A stretch of DNA of 58,428 nt from a virus (lineage: Duplodnaviria > Caudoviricetes), in IMG/VR virus record IMGVR_UViG_3300037634_006328, positions 1 through 58,428 of that record; one strand, given 5' to 3'. Shown one piece after another: positions 29,167 through 39,210 of this stretch. The notes beneath the pieces were generated by a model, which made no database searches, had not been told where the DNA came from, and saw only the letters and a program-made list of their open reading frames with translations. Within the stretch, counting starts at the first letter, position 1, and every line of letters starts with the position of its first letter. Both the position numbers and the translations under genes were made by a program.

Positions 29167-30507
29167 ATGTTAGACGCTAATTGGGGCCTATTGATTGAGA
29201 ATTATATGAAGAGGGATGCGGCCAAAGAAAAGTCTGTTGTACCTTTGTATGAAACGCTGCAAAGGCTCGTCGAGCAGGTTTTGGGTGAAGACTCTGATGT
29301 ACTTGGTCAAAAGTTGTCTATCACTTTCCCAGCAATCAAGATTACTGAAAATTGGGGAACACTGGACAACAAAGACCGTGAATTGCTTGAACTTCTTATG
29401 AAGAATGTAAGGGGCACCACGGTTCAAGACAAACTAACACACGTTCAAAATTTCATTACATATGAGGAGGGTCGCCCAATTTCAGACATTTTCTCAAACC
29501 TTATCTTCTTAGAGATTTTTTCAAACATCATTAAAGAATACAATGCTTCGACAACCGGCTTCTTGTTTGAAGCATTTTTGGCAGGTTTGTTTGGTGGGGA
29601 ACAAAGTGTGCAAATCTCCGATCCCGTAGAAGGGAATCTTCCGATCACCGATGTTACGTTGCGAGGTGTTCCATACAGCTTGAAAGTCCTATCGCCATCT
29701 AAGCCTGTTCACGGCTCTTTCAAGAATCTTGTGGATCATTTTAGGACCGAAGAGAAGATTATATATTTGGTTGTCACTAAGCTCAAAGGGGACGAAACAA
29801 ATGTGTTAACTTTTGCAGAATTTGAGATTACTCTGGACAACTTCCATACATATGTCGGATATATAGAGCCCGGCACCGAAGTTGACGATATTCAAATTGT
29901 TAAGGCTTTAGGTTCTGAAATTGATTTTTCCGAAAAGACTGTCGATAATAACGGTGACCTAATCACTTTGGCAAGTAGGGCGAGAATTCCCGGCAAAGGT
30001 TCGTTCACAAAATCAAAACTAGAACCAGATACAGAATATGAAGTCAAAGCTATCGTAGGCAAAAAACAGAGACGAACGGTGCCCAAGGGTCATGGAGGGG
30101 GTGTAGATCTCTATGGTAGCGTGGAGGCTTATGATCACATTGCCGCTCTTACCGATGACAAAAAAACCTTGCAAGCTCTTATCGATACTCCGGGTTATCG
30201 AGATAAAAAACAGTTTGGTATTTCCCCTGCGTATGTCCGTCGTACAGCAACGTTATTGGGGAAGTTGGATCTTAGGGACGAAACCTTAAGGGGGGTAGCA
30301 GAAGCTTACGCCGTAGATCTACAGGAAACTCTAATTCCAATCTATTCCGCACTTTCGGAGCTTACAAACCATGTCAACAAATACTTCCTTGAAGGTGCTG
30401 ACTCCACCGAAACCTCAAGGAAAGAACACGCAGTGTTGGCAGCAAAAGAAGCTATTATCTTGAAAGACTCAACAGACAGAATTGTTAAGAGTACAGAAAA
30501 AGGTTGA
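29167..30507 (+). CDS. hypothetical protein, possible PD-(D/E)XK-like fold
   Basis: GFLFEAFLAGL...ITDV...YSLK arrangement. Confidence 0.45.
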   Translation: MLDANWGLLIENYMKRDAAKEKSVVPLYETLQRLVEQVLGEDSDVLGQKLSITFPAIKITENWGTLDNKDRELLELLMKNVRGTTVQDKLTHVQNFITYEEGRPISDIFSNLIFLEIFSNIIKEYNASTTGFLFEAFLAGLFGGEQSVQISDPVEGNLPITDVTLRGVPYSLKVLSPSKPVHGSFKNLVDHFRTEEKIIYLVVTKLKGDETNVLTFAEFEITLDNFHTYVGYIEPGTEVDDIQIVKALGSEIDFSEKTVDNNGDLITLASRARIPGKGSFTKSKLEPDTEYEVKAIVGKKQRRTVPKGHGGGVDLYGSVEAYDHIAALTDDKKTLQALIDTPGYRDKKQFGISPAYVRRTATLLGKLDLRDETLRGVAEAYAVDLQETLIPIYSALSELTNHVNKYFLEGADSTETSRKEHAVLAAKEAIILKDSTDRIVKSTEKG

Positions 30508-30553
30508 CAATCTCTGTGCAATGGTTATATTATAGGAAGGAAAGAGGTGTTAT

Positions 30554-32143
30554 TTGACGAAGGTTTATGACTGCGATTTAGATGAAGATTTGACCTTGAA
30601 GATGTATAAGGGTGTGAACAAACTGTACGAATATGTTTCAGTCACTCTTGGTCCCCGTGGCCGAAATGTAATTTTACATAAGAAGGGGTTACCCCCAATC
30701 ATCACCAAAGACGGTGTTACGGTTGCAGAATTCCTAGATTTAGAAGATCCTTTTGAGAACGCGGCGGTGCAGATTCTTAAGCAGGCTTCTAGAAAGACGA
30801 ACATTGAAGCTGGCGATGGAACAACAACCTCAACGGTATTGGCTGCCAGTATAATTGAAAAGGCTTTGCCACACTTGGCAACAGGGGCTTCTCCGATCGA
30901 ACTTAAGCGTGGAATTGATTTCACTGTTGGTAAGATTGTTGAGAACATAAGGGAGGCTGCTAGTCCGATTTCTTCTGAAGAAGATATTGCCCACATTGCT
31001 TCTATTTCGGCCAACAACGATGAAACTATCGGCAACCTAGTGGCACGCGCAGTCTCCAGTGTCGGCAAGGACGGCTCTGTTATCATCGAAAAGGGGAAGT
31101 CTATAAACACAATTCTGGACTTCATGGACGGTTTTCATGTCGACGCTGGTTTTTGTTCGACAGCCTTCATCAACAATGCAAGAAAGCAGAGTGTGGTATT
31201 CGAAGATTGTTTAATTTTGATTGCGGACATGAAGTTTGACAAGATTGATCAAATATTCCCGGTTTTAGAAATGGTTCATCATGAAAACAAACCTCTAATC
31301 ATAGTTGCAACCGATGTCGAGTCCGAAGCCTTGGCAGCCCTTATCACAAATGCGCAAAGAGCAATGGCGAAAGTTCCAGGCTCTATGAAAATAGCTGCAA
31401 TGCGAGCACCCAAATTCGGCGAAGAACGAAGAGAAATACTTAAAGACATTGCAATCGCCACTGGTGGGGAGGTCATATCAATGACCGGTGTAAATTTGGA
31501 GAACTTCAAGTTAGAACACCTTGGTGCTGCTAAAAAGGTTGAGATTTATCGAAAGAACTCTTTGTTTGCAGGTCCGATGGGTGACGTCGAAAAGCTTTCA
31601 GAAAGAATCGATATACTGAAAGAGATCATCAGTCAGTCTGACGATTTACATGAATGCGAGCGTATCCAAGACAGGATATCAAGGCTGGCTTCGGGTGCAG
31701 CGATCATTAAGGTTGGCGGCGCAACCGAAATTGAAGTTCAAGAAAAGAAGCACAGGATTGAAGACGCGATTGAAGCGGTCAAATCTGCACAGTTAGAGGG
31801 TATTGTTGCAGGTGGCGGTACAGCTTTGTTGCACGCGGCAAAGAACTTAGACTTATCTTCCTTGTCTGAAGAACAACGTGCCGGCGCATCCATTCTCTTG
31901 AAAGCAATCCGCACACCCATACGCAGAATGGCGGAAAATGCTGGCCTCAAACCCGACATCATCGAAGAGACTGTTAACTCTATGGAGCGGAATTGTGGCT
32001 ACGACTTTTACAGTCGAGAGTCCTGCGATATGCTTGAGAGGGGTATAATAGATCCAGCAAAGGTTACAATCTGTGCATTGCAGAACGGCGCTTCGGCAGC
32101 TAGTACATTACTTTTGACTGGCCGAGCCATAGTGGAGAAATGA
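30554..32143 (+). CDS. groEL: chaperonin GroEL
   Basis: TLGPRGRNV, ITKDGVTVA, AGDGTTTS, VGGATE.E..EKK.RIEDA, GIVAGGG, GIIDPAKV; promoter TTGACA-N16-TATATT at 30504. Confidence 0.95.
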   Translation: MTKVYDCDLDEDLTLKMYKGVNKLYEYVSVTLGPRGRNVILHKKGLPPIITKDGVTVAEFLDLEDPFENAAVQILKQASRKTNIEAGDGTTTSTVLAASIIEKALPHLATGASPIELKRGIDFTVGKIVENIREAASPISSEEDIAHIASISANNDETIGNLVARAVSSVGKDGSVIIEKGKSINTILDFMDGFHVDAGFCSTAFINNARKQSVVFEDCLILIADMKFDKIDQIFPVLEMVHHENKPLIIVATDVESEALAALITNAQRAMAKVPGSMKIAAMRAPKFGEERREILKDIAIATGGEVISMTGVNLENFKLEHLGAAKKVEIYRKNSLFAGPMGDVEKLSERIDILKEIISQSDDLHECERIQDRISRLASGAAIIKVGGATEIEVQEKKHRIEDAIEAVKSAQLEGIVAGGGTALLHAAKNLDLSSLSEEQRAGASILLKAIRTPIRRMAENAGLKPDIIEETVNSMERNCGYDFYSRESCDMLERGIIDPAKVTICALQNGASAASTLLLTGRAIVEK

Positions 32144-32457
32144 TGGAAAGGGTTAGAATCTCGTATACAGTACCAACGTTCAGGGTGAAAAGTATTACGC
32201 ACGAACTCTTAGAATCTTGTAGAGATATTACTGAAACTGTTTCTGTCGATGTAGGGAGTCTCCTACAAAACTACGAAGAGAAGGATCTAAATATCATTAT
32301 CGAAAGAATCGATACTATACTTGATAACGTATCCCTGTCTTTCGAGCAGATGAAGGATGTAAAAGATCTACTTACCGGATACCGGATGCATCTTTTGCAA
32401 AAGGAAGATGTCAAAACCCCAGACGGAGAAATCAACCTAGATGATACAGGATTTTGA
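32140..32457 (+). CDS. hypothetical protein
   Basis: Coupled ORF. Confidence 0.55.
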   Translation: MMERVRISYTVPTFRVKSITHELLESCRDITETVSVDVGSLLQNYEEKDLNIIIERIDTILDNVSLSFEQMKDVKDLLTGYRMHLLQKEDVKTPDGEINLDDTGF

Positions 32458-32659
32458 AAGAGGGGACTTAGTTCACATCCCATCCGAAACAAAGCTGTTC
32501 AAAAAGTTGACTGGTTTTGACTATTATACTGATTTAGTGACATTTGAAAAACCTATTATTGGGCACTATATCGGTGAATATAAAAACGATTCCAAGGTGT
32601 TTCACGCCGGAAGTGTTTACTATGTTGCTAAATTAGATATTTATAAATTGAGGTTTTGA
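32441..32659 (+). CDS. small KOW/SH3-like hypothetical protein
   Basis: FERGDLVH motif. Confidence 0.5.
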   Translation: MIQDFERGDLVHIPSETKLFKKLTGFDYYTDLVTFEKPIIGHYIGEYKNDSKVFHAGSVYYVAKLDIYKLRF

Positions 32660-32932
32660 ATGATTGAGTTGATGGAAATTAAAGGTAAAGACGCAGTTCA
32701 GCAAGCTTGGACATTGAGGAAGATATACATACGCCCAGAGTTTGTAATGTCGATATCGGAAGATAACTCTTTGAAACAGTTGCATCTTCGCGAAAGTCTT
32801 GTGCAAAATTTGCTTCCAGAGCAGGATTTTACAAAGATCATACTCTCTGATGGAAGGACGATCCGTGTTGTTGGCAGCATGTCACATGTTTTGAGACAGG
32901 TTGGTAATTCCAAGCGCCTCCTAAGAGACTGA
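32660..32932 (+). CDS. hypothetical protein
   Basis: GAGG RBS; 90 aa. Confidence 0.55.
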   Translation: MIELMEIKGKDAVQQAWTLRKIYIRPEFVMSISEDNSLKQLHLRESLVQNLLPEQDFTKIILSDGRTIRVVGSMSHVLRQVGNSKRLLRD

Positions 32933-32950
32933 AAAAGCGCGATGATTTCT

Positions 32951-32983
32951 AAACGTATCCATGTATAGACGTGGATACGTTTT
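32951..32983 (+). terminator. long inverted repeat / terminator
   Basis: AAACGTATCCATGT-ATAG-ACGTGGATACGTTT: 14-bp stem with one G.U pair, ending in a T run. Confidence 0.65.
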
Positions 32984-33027
32984 GCTGTGTTTGGAACTAG
33001 TTATGTTTGGTAAGGAAAAAAAGATAT

Positions 33028-35739
33028 ATGGCACATACGAAATTTCATAAATTGTACGAATCATTTAGAGACTTTGGCGAAAAAGAAGCCCTTCAAGAAG
33101 TCAGCGAAGAAACTGTTGATCTAGTGTTAGACAGATTGAGAACGACTGACACGGGCAAGTTACAGCTTCAGTTTGATCACATCTTTGGCCCAGAGGATGT
33201 GCGTATTGCCTTCCCATTGGTTACGGAAAAGAAAACTAAAGCAAATGAAATGATGCGCCAGCTAGTTCAGGATCACGGCTGGAAGACCAAATTCACACAA
33301 AAAGAGGTTGAGCAGAAGCAAAAACAAGGCGACGGCTCCATTCGGACAATCAAGAGAATTTTGGTGGACCCGATTATGACCAAAAAGGTCATTCGTGTTA
33401 TTCCAAAGGGTCCAAAGGCTGGTCAAAAGATTGAAAGAGAAGAGAAAACAACGCTTGCAAGAGTAATTAAGAAAACTCTCGATCCCGAGTGGTTTGAGTT
33501 TTGGCAAGAAAACCAGACCTTCTTCCTTGAGTACGAGAACGCAATGGAATTTCTTGAGTCTCCGGTGATGAATGAGTTCGAACTAGGCGAAACTGACAAA
33601 TATGTGATCATTACTCGCGCCCCTATTGACGTATTGCGAATGTCCGATCACGACGGCTGGACAAGTTGTCATTCCTCACCGGATAAAAGCCAAGGCGAAT
33701 ATTACCACTGTGCAGTGTCCGAAGCAATCGGCGAAGGCGCTATAGCATATATTGTTTACGCAAATGATTATGAAGAAATAAAAGACAGACTTCAGGATGC
33801 AGAGATATTCGAAGATTATGACCGGGGCGTGGACGGCATTTCCCCAATTTCTAGAATTCGCATTCGCCACCTGTTCGACAAAGGGGAGAAGAAATCCTAC
33901 GCCATCCCAGGGATGAGAAAGTATGGCCAAAATGTAATAGGCTTTATGAATATCTTACACGATTGGTTTAAGAAAAAGCAAAAACAAAGACTCTCCACGA
34001 TTGCTGGGGATCTGGAAGAGCGTCCAAGAGACTTCATTTACACTGGTGGCACCTATACCGACAATTCTTTGGCAACGCTTCTCGCCCATTTAACAGGCAA
34101 TTCGTCACTTCGGAGTTATTTAATCCGCCATGAAGACTATTTTGGTACCGAAGTTGGCGAAGATGAACTTCGTAGTTTGGGGTTCGGCGGCGGGCCTACC
34201 GAAGAAGAAGTTTATGAACAACTTGAAAGCGATTTGGATTTCATTCAGTATAACGGCCACCACACGGATGTGTCTTATTATATTAATGAAGAAAGCTTTA
34301 ATCACGACGATGGCGACTTTGCATACGGTTGGGAAGCTAGTTTGAGAATAGAGAATGAGGCATTTGACGCGGTCTCTTCGTTGCCATGGAGGCAACACCT
34401 TGAGGCCGCCAAAGCGGTCGAGGCCGGCTGGGATAACTTTGTTTCCGAAGAAGGGGCCAGCCTTGAACGAGAAGTCTCCGGTTTCGGCGATGTCGACTTT
34501 TCTGATGAAGAAATCACGATAAGGTTTGAAAGTTCGTATTCCAATCACGCCGGGATGAATGATGAACATACTGATTTCAACGATATATGTAACGCCGCTG
34601 AAGAACTTGATGACGAAGACACTATTCAGCTAGTGACCACCTACATCTTAGAAGCTTTGATGGAGGCTGGTTATGTTGAATCCGAACAATACAATTCAGC
34701 AAAAGCATACAAAGAAGAGTTATTTGAATTTGCAGATGAACTGAAATATTTTGATATTGATTTAGAAGAGGGGGATGAAATCGGCTTTACTGTAAAGGTG
34801 TTCAATATATTTCACATTGGCCCGGCCACCAAATGGGCGGAACCATTTGTTGAACTAGGGCTTGAAGAAGAGGGTGTGCTTAGAGGGATTCATAAATACA
34901 TCGCACATAACCCCATGGTGACTATCGATGGCCGCCGCATGCTGTCCAGAGATCTCGTTCAAAAATACTTTGAGGAAGCTTTAGCTGACGAAATGAGTCA
35001 GGTTCAACTACCATTGACGAAGATAGAGAAAGGCCAAGCCCAGATGTTTGGGTACAATAAGTCGGCAATGAGAAAGATTGTTAGTCAAAGATTGTTTTCC
35101 AACATGAGAACCGAATTCAGATTTAGGTCGGAACCAGAGATCCAAGCTGGGAATATTACATTCTCGCCTAATTTGATTTTTGGCATGGAAAGTGCGATAG
35201 AGGATAAAGAGTCTAAAGAGTTGTTCAAAGTGATGTTGAAGTATTTGGATCGAAATCCAACCATCTTTTCCAAGGCGGCTGTTAGATTCTATCGTTCCAT
35301 GATCAAAGGTTGGTGGCGTCAATACAAACTCGATTTGAAAACCAGAACTGCAAGTGCAAAACGACGCTCCGGACCTCCAATGCCCCCAGAGCGCCGAGTA
35401 AAACCTCGCGACATTATGCAGGAAAACGAAACTTCAGCCAGATTATATCAAATTGAAATGCAAATTATTATTGATCGCCAAAGAAGCGGTGGTATTGACG
35501 CAGCTATGAACAGAATTCGTTCGATTGAGGGTGTGACCGTTATTTCCCATCAAGAACCAGAAATGCGGGCTGCTCAAGAGTATTTGCGAGCGAAGATTAA
35601 GTTTCACCCTTTGAAGGACTCGATGACTCCACAGACATACGTGAGAACAATATTGGTCCCAAGTATAAATAAGAGTTCAACTGTCCCTGGCGTTCGAATT
35701 ATTGAAGTCATACCTCGTACTTTGAAGAGACTCCAATGA
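33028..35739 (+). CDS. large acidic hypothetical protein, probably virion-associated
   Basis: About 903 aa; late motif at 32996; N-terminal LYESFRDF..E motif; conserved-looking PIDVLRMSD..W.SCH. Confidence 0.6.
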   Translation: MAHTKFHKLYESFRDFGEKEALQEVSEETVDLVLDRLRTTDTGKLQLQFDHIFGPEDVRIAFPLVTEKKTKANEMMRQLVQDHGWKTKFTQKEVEQKQKQGDGSIRTIKRILVDPIMTKKVIRVIPKGPKAGQKIEREEKTTLARVIKKTLDPEWFEFWQENQTFFLEYENAMEFLESPVMNEFELGETDKYVIITRAPIDVLRMSDHDGWTSCHSSPDKSQGEYYHCAVSEAIGEGAIAYIVYANDYEEIKDRLQDAEIFEDYDRGVDGISPISRIRIRHLFDKGEKKSYAIPGMRKYGQNVIGFMNILHDWFKKKQKQRLSTIAGDLEERPRDFIYTGGTYTDNSLATLLAHLTGNSSLRSYLIRHEDYFGTEVGEDELRSLGFGGGPTEEEVYEQLESDLDFIQYNGHHTDVSYYINEESFNHDDGDFAYGWEASLRIENEAFDAVSSLPWRQHLEAAKAVEAGWDNFVSEEGASLEREVSGFGDVDFSDEEITIRFESSYSNHAGMNDEHTDFNDICNAAEELDDEDTIQLVTTYILEALMEAGYVESEQYNSAKAYKEELFEFADELKYFDIDLEEGDEIGFTVKVFNIFHIGPATKWAEPFVELGLEEEGVLRGIHKYIAHNPMVTIDGRRMLSRDLVQKYFEEALADEMSQVQLPLTKIEKGQAQMFGYNKSAMRKIVSQRLFSNMRTEFRFRSEPEIQAGNITFSPNLIFGMESAIEDKESKELFKVMLKYLDRNPTIFSKAAVRFYRSMIKGWWRQYKLDLKTRTASAKRRSGPPMPPERRVKPRDIMQENETSARLYQIEMQIIIDRQRSGGIDAAMNRIRSIEGVTVISHQEPEMRAAQEYLRAKIKFHPLKDSMTPQTYVRTILVPSINKSSTVPGVRIIEVIPRTLKRLQ

Positions 35740-36149
35740 TGGGTGACTTAATAGAGGGGTGGAAAAATTTCATTAAAGAAGCGGCTGCATCCCCCGTTTC
35801 AAAAGTCTTCATAATCGACCCACAAGGGCGCTTCCTGACGTGCATGCGCCGAGACGATATACCCCACGGCGGGATGTGGGACTTGCCCGGAGGGCACCAA
35901 GACGAGGGCGAGACGGACGAAGAGACAGCTATCAGAGAGGTTGCGGAAGAGACCAGCCTTGAAGTGACTGATTTGGAAGTGGTTCACCGATTCGATCGGT
36001 TTACCTTCTTTGCAACCAAAGTGTTTTCAGGTGAATTTTTCCTTTCAGACGAGCATACTGAACATGCATGGATATACCCACACGAAATTGAACAATACGA
36101 CATGGGAGAGTTATATGAAGAGGTGGTTAAAGAAGTTTTTCGTCTGTAG
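35736..36149 (+). CDS. NUDIX hydrolase
   Basis: Nudix box GGHQDEGETDEETAIREVAEETSL. Confidence 0.9.
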   Translation: MMGDLIEGWKNFIKEAAASPVSKVFIIDPQGRFLTCMRRDDIPHGGMWDLPGGHQDEGETDEETAIREVAEETSLEVTDLEVVHRFDRFTFFATKVFSGEFFLSDEHTEHAWIYPHEIEQYDMGELYEEVVKEVFRL

Positions 36150-37173
36150 TCTATTGTTTTTAGGCTGTAGTGAATACAAGATCCAAGAGTTTTCGGAACC
36201 CGTTTCGGGAGCCCCTAATCCTATTGTGGTCGAGGCGGAAGGCCAGCATGACACGATAACACAAGTATTGCATCCAGAGGTCGATGTTATGTTTGTGATT
36301 GATGACTCTTGTTCGATGTCTGACGAACAGGTTAAGTTGATGATAAGCTTCCCAGAATTTGTCAAATATTTTACAAACACTAATTTAGATTACCATATCG
36401 GGGTTATAACAACTGATATGGTCAGTTGGGAAAAGAGCGGAAAACTGCAATATTCTAATCAATTTAACCCCCCTTATAAGTGGATTGATACGAACACACC
36501 GAACCCAGAAGTCGTTTTTTCTTTAAATGCAGATGTAGGGATTTATGGCTCTTATTTTGAAAAAGGTATGGAGGCAATAGAAGCCTCTTTGACCACAGAG
36601 TATAACGATCACAATGCAGGCTTCTTTAGAGACGATGCCGCATTGCATATAATCATTATCTCCGATGAAGATGATGCATCGATACTTCAAGATGCAGAGT
36701 TTTACAACTTCCTTGATACCTTGAAATCAAGGGAAGATACGGTATTTGTCCATGGCATATATGGGCTATTACCAGCCGGTTGCGCCAGCGATGCCGGTCC
36801 TATCTCCGGCCACGCCGATCCAGGTCGCCGCTATGATAGTTTGATAACAGTTTTTAAAGGAGAAAAGCATTCAATTTGTGAGGAAGAGTGGCGGACGATA
36901 TTGGATGATATTGGTTTAGCTGCGTCTGGCCTGAAAACCAGTTTCTTTTTGACAGCAGTTCCTAATCCAGTTACATTAGAGGTGTGGGTTGAAGAAGGAG
37001 ATTACATGTACTTTTTCGAGCAAGGAGAAGATTATGCGTATGATCGTATAGGTAACAGTATCTCTTTTGTTACCTATCAACCGCCTCGTGGTGCAACAGT
37101 CCACTTAGAGTATGAAATAGCAAGTTCATATATCGGGACATATTCGGAAGAATTTAAAGATACAGGAATTTAG
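36115..37173 (+). CDS. vWA-domain lipoprotein
   Basis: LLFLGC lipobox; MIDAS VDVMFVIDDSCSM; ISDEDD. Confidence 0.75.
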   Translation: MKRWLKKFFVCSLLFLGCSEYKIQEFSEPVSGAPNPIVVEAEGQHDTITQVLHPEVDVMFVIDDSCSMSDEQVKLMISFPEFVKYFTNTNLDYHIGVITTDMVSWEKSGKLQYSNQFNPPYKWIDTNTPNPEVVFSLNADVGIYGSYFEKGMEAIEASLTTEYNDHNAGFFRDDAALHIIIISDEDDASILQDAEFYNFLDTLKSREDTVFVHGIYGLLPAGCASDAGPISGHADPGRRYDSLITVFKGEKHSICEEEWRTILDDIGLAASGLKTSFFLTAVPNPVTLEVWVEEGDYMYFFEQGEDYAYDRIGNSISFVTYQPPRGATVHLEYEIASSYIGTYSEEFKDTGI

Positions 37174-37209
37174 AAAGTTGGGTAGTTCTCTGTAACAAGA
37201 GGGGAAGAA

Positions 37210-37899
37210 ATGAGATATTTTAAGTTAATAGGGTTCTTTGTTTTGTTCGCAGCGATGTTTGCGAATATTACGGTACCTACGTTTTACAGTGCCCAGCAGA
37301 TAGAATACGAATATTACAACGCATCAATCAATAACAAGAGTTATGCTGCAACTTTGAGGGTTTATAATCATGAAGGGACAGCAGTCGGAACAGGGACGTA
37401 CTTTTCGTACAAAGGGAAGGGTATAATAGTCACAGCTTCGCATGTAGTTGGTTATGCGCCATTCGCAAAATATAGTTATCAAGGTTCGAAGATTGAAGCA
37501 GATGTGGTATACAATGATGTTGTGAATGATATTGCTATTTTGTATGTTGGGGATATCCCCGGCTTACGCCCAATAAAGTTTCGAACAGCTAAAAGGGAAA
37601 CATTACAATTAGGCGAAGAACTATTTTATGCCGGCTTCCCAAATAATAGCGGACCATATGCGATCACTGGCACTCTTGCCTCATTCTATTCGAATGTTTA
37701 CGTGATGCAGGCTTACGCATGGCCCGGCTCTTCAGGTTCTTCGGTGTTTGATAAACAGGGGAGGATTGTGGGTGTTTTGATTGCGGTAGAGGTTGGTGCG
37801 CCGTTTGGGTTGCCACAACTGATTTCAGATGTTGCTTTCGTGACGCCAATCGAAGTCATAGAGTACGATATACTTGAATTTATACTAAAGGGAATGTAA
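37210..37899 (+). CDS. trypsin-like serine protease with signal anchor
   Basis: TASHV, DIAIL, PGSSGS catalytic triad motifs. Confidence 0.88.
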   Translation: MRYFKLIGFFVLFAAMFANITVPTFYSAQQIEYEYYNASINNKSYAATLRVYNHEGTAVGTGTYFSYKGKGIIVTASHVVGYAPFAKYSYQGSKIEADVVYNDVVNDIAILYVGDIPGLRPIKFRTAKRETLQLGEELFYAGFPNNSGPYAITGTLASFYSNVYVMQAYAWPGSSGSSVFDKQGRIVGVLIAVEVGAPFGLPQLISDVAFVTPIEVIEYDILEFILKGM

Positions 37900-38166
37900 A
37901 TGGATAACGAATACAAAGAGATTATCAAAAATCTCAAGAAAGAAATAGCATTTAAAAACGAAGAGATCAAAGCCTTGAAGGCTTACAATTTAGATTTAGT
38001 TGATTTGAACAAGAACTTGGAGGCTCAATTGGATGTATTAGCTAAGTTTGCCATCGAACACCAGACAGGTGTACAGAATATGGCGGAAAGGATGTTTGAA
38101 AAGATTGATGAGAGCCTCTTAGACGTATTCAGTCTAGGTCAGGGAAAAGACATAGGTGAAGCTTGA
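37900..38166 (+). CDS. coiled-coil hypothetical protein
   Basis: Heptad-rich ORF. Confidence 0.5.
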   Translation: MDNEYKEIIKNLKKEIAFKNEEIKALKAYNLDLVDLNKNLEAQLDVLAKFAIEHQTGVQNMAERMFEKIDESLLDVFSLGQGKDIGEA

Positions 38167-39185
38167 AGACGTATGTGTTTGACGTAGACGGTACGATAAC
38201 ACCACATCGCGAACGAATGACGGAAGAATTTGCAGAGTTCTTCCGTAAATTCATTTTAAAGAATGAGGTTTATCTTTGTACTGGTTCTGATTTTGAAAAA
38301 ACCAAACAACAAGTTCCGGAAGACATTATTGCAAGTGTGAAGGGTGTCTTCACTTGCATGGGTAATTGCCTATACATTGGTGGAAAAAAGGATTATGAGA
38401 GCGAGTTTATCCCACCTCCAGAGTTGCTTGACGATCTCAACGAGATTCTAAATAATACCAAATACAAGCACAATACTGGCAAACATATAGAGGTTCGTAC
38501 AGGGATGGTGAATTTTACGACGCTTGGAAGGAATGCAAACCCGGTCGAAAGGGCAAATTATTCAGTTTGGGATAAGGAAAATGGAGAGAGGGCGTGGGTT
38601 GCTCACCACTTGGGTATGAAATATCCAGATTTGGATATTGTTATCGGAGGTCAGGTTAGTGTTGATATATACCCCAAAGACAAAGACAAGAGTCAAGCAA
38701 TAAGGTGGATTAAAACAAAGCACCCTGAAGCTTCTATTGTCTTTTTCGGTGATCGCTTAGAACCTGGAGGCAACGATTATGCTGTTACAAAAGAGATCCA
38801 TTCAGACGATAAAATGTATGATGTCGATGGTTGGGTAAACACAATGGAGATCCTAAGGGGTCTTTCGGTATTAGAGGATACCGCTGTTGTCGTTGAGAAC
38901 GAATTAATCCCTAAGGCTGCCGCAAAGAAAGTGGCCCCTCGCGGCATCGATACATTCACGGTGTGTCGAATCAATGATGAGACTGGAGTTTCGGGCACTG
39001 GCGTTATTGTCGAAGGTGTTGAATTTGCCACTGGTCAAGTTATTTTGCATTGGCTGACACCTTTCCCGAAAGGCTCGATCGCCATATTTGAGAGTATCGA
39101 AGACTTTAAGAAGATTCACGTTAACCCTCATCCGGGAAACATGACATTGATAACATGGTCTGATGGTCGTCAAGAGAAATTCTAG
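38163..39185 (+). CDS. HAD-IIB eukaryotic-type phosphomannomutase-like protein with C-terminal fusion
   Basis: FDVDGT, IEVRTGMVNF..GRNA, GGQVSVDI, FFGD...GGNDY; extra C-terminal GVSGTG..EGV.F domain. Confidence 0.78.
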   Translation: MKTYVFDVDGTITPHRERMTEEFAEFFRKFILKNEVYLCTGSDFEKTKQQVPEDIIASVKGVFTCMGNCLYIGGKKDYESEFIPPPELLDDLNEILNNTKYKHNTGKHIEVRTGMVNFTTLGRNANPVERANYSVWDKENGERAWVAHHLGMKYPDLDIVIGGQVSVDIYPKDKDKSQAIRWIKTKHPEASIVFFGDRLEPGGNDYAVTKEIHSDDKMYDVDGWVNTMEILRGLSVLEDTAVVVENELIPKAAAKKVAPRGIDTFTVCRINDETGVSGTGVIVEGVEFATGQVILHWLTPFPKGSIAIFESIEDFKKIHVNPHPGNMTLITWSDGRQEKF

Positions 39186-39210
39186 ACTATTTATACCCGA
39201 GGATGCGAAT

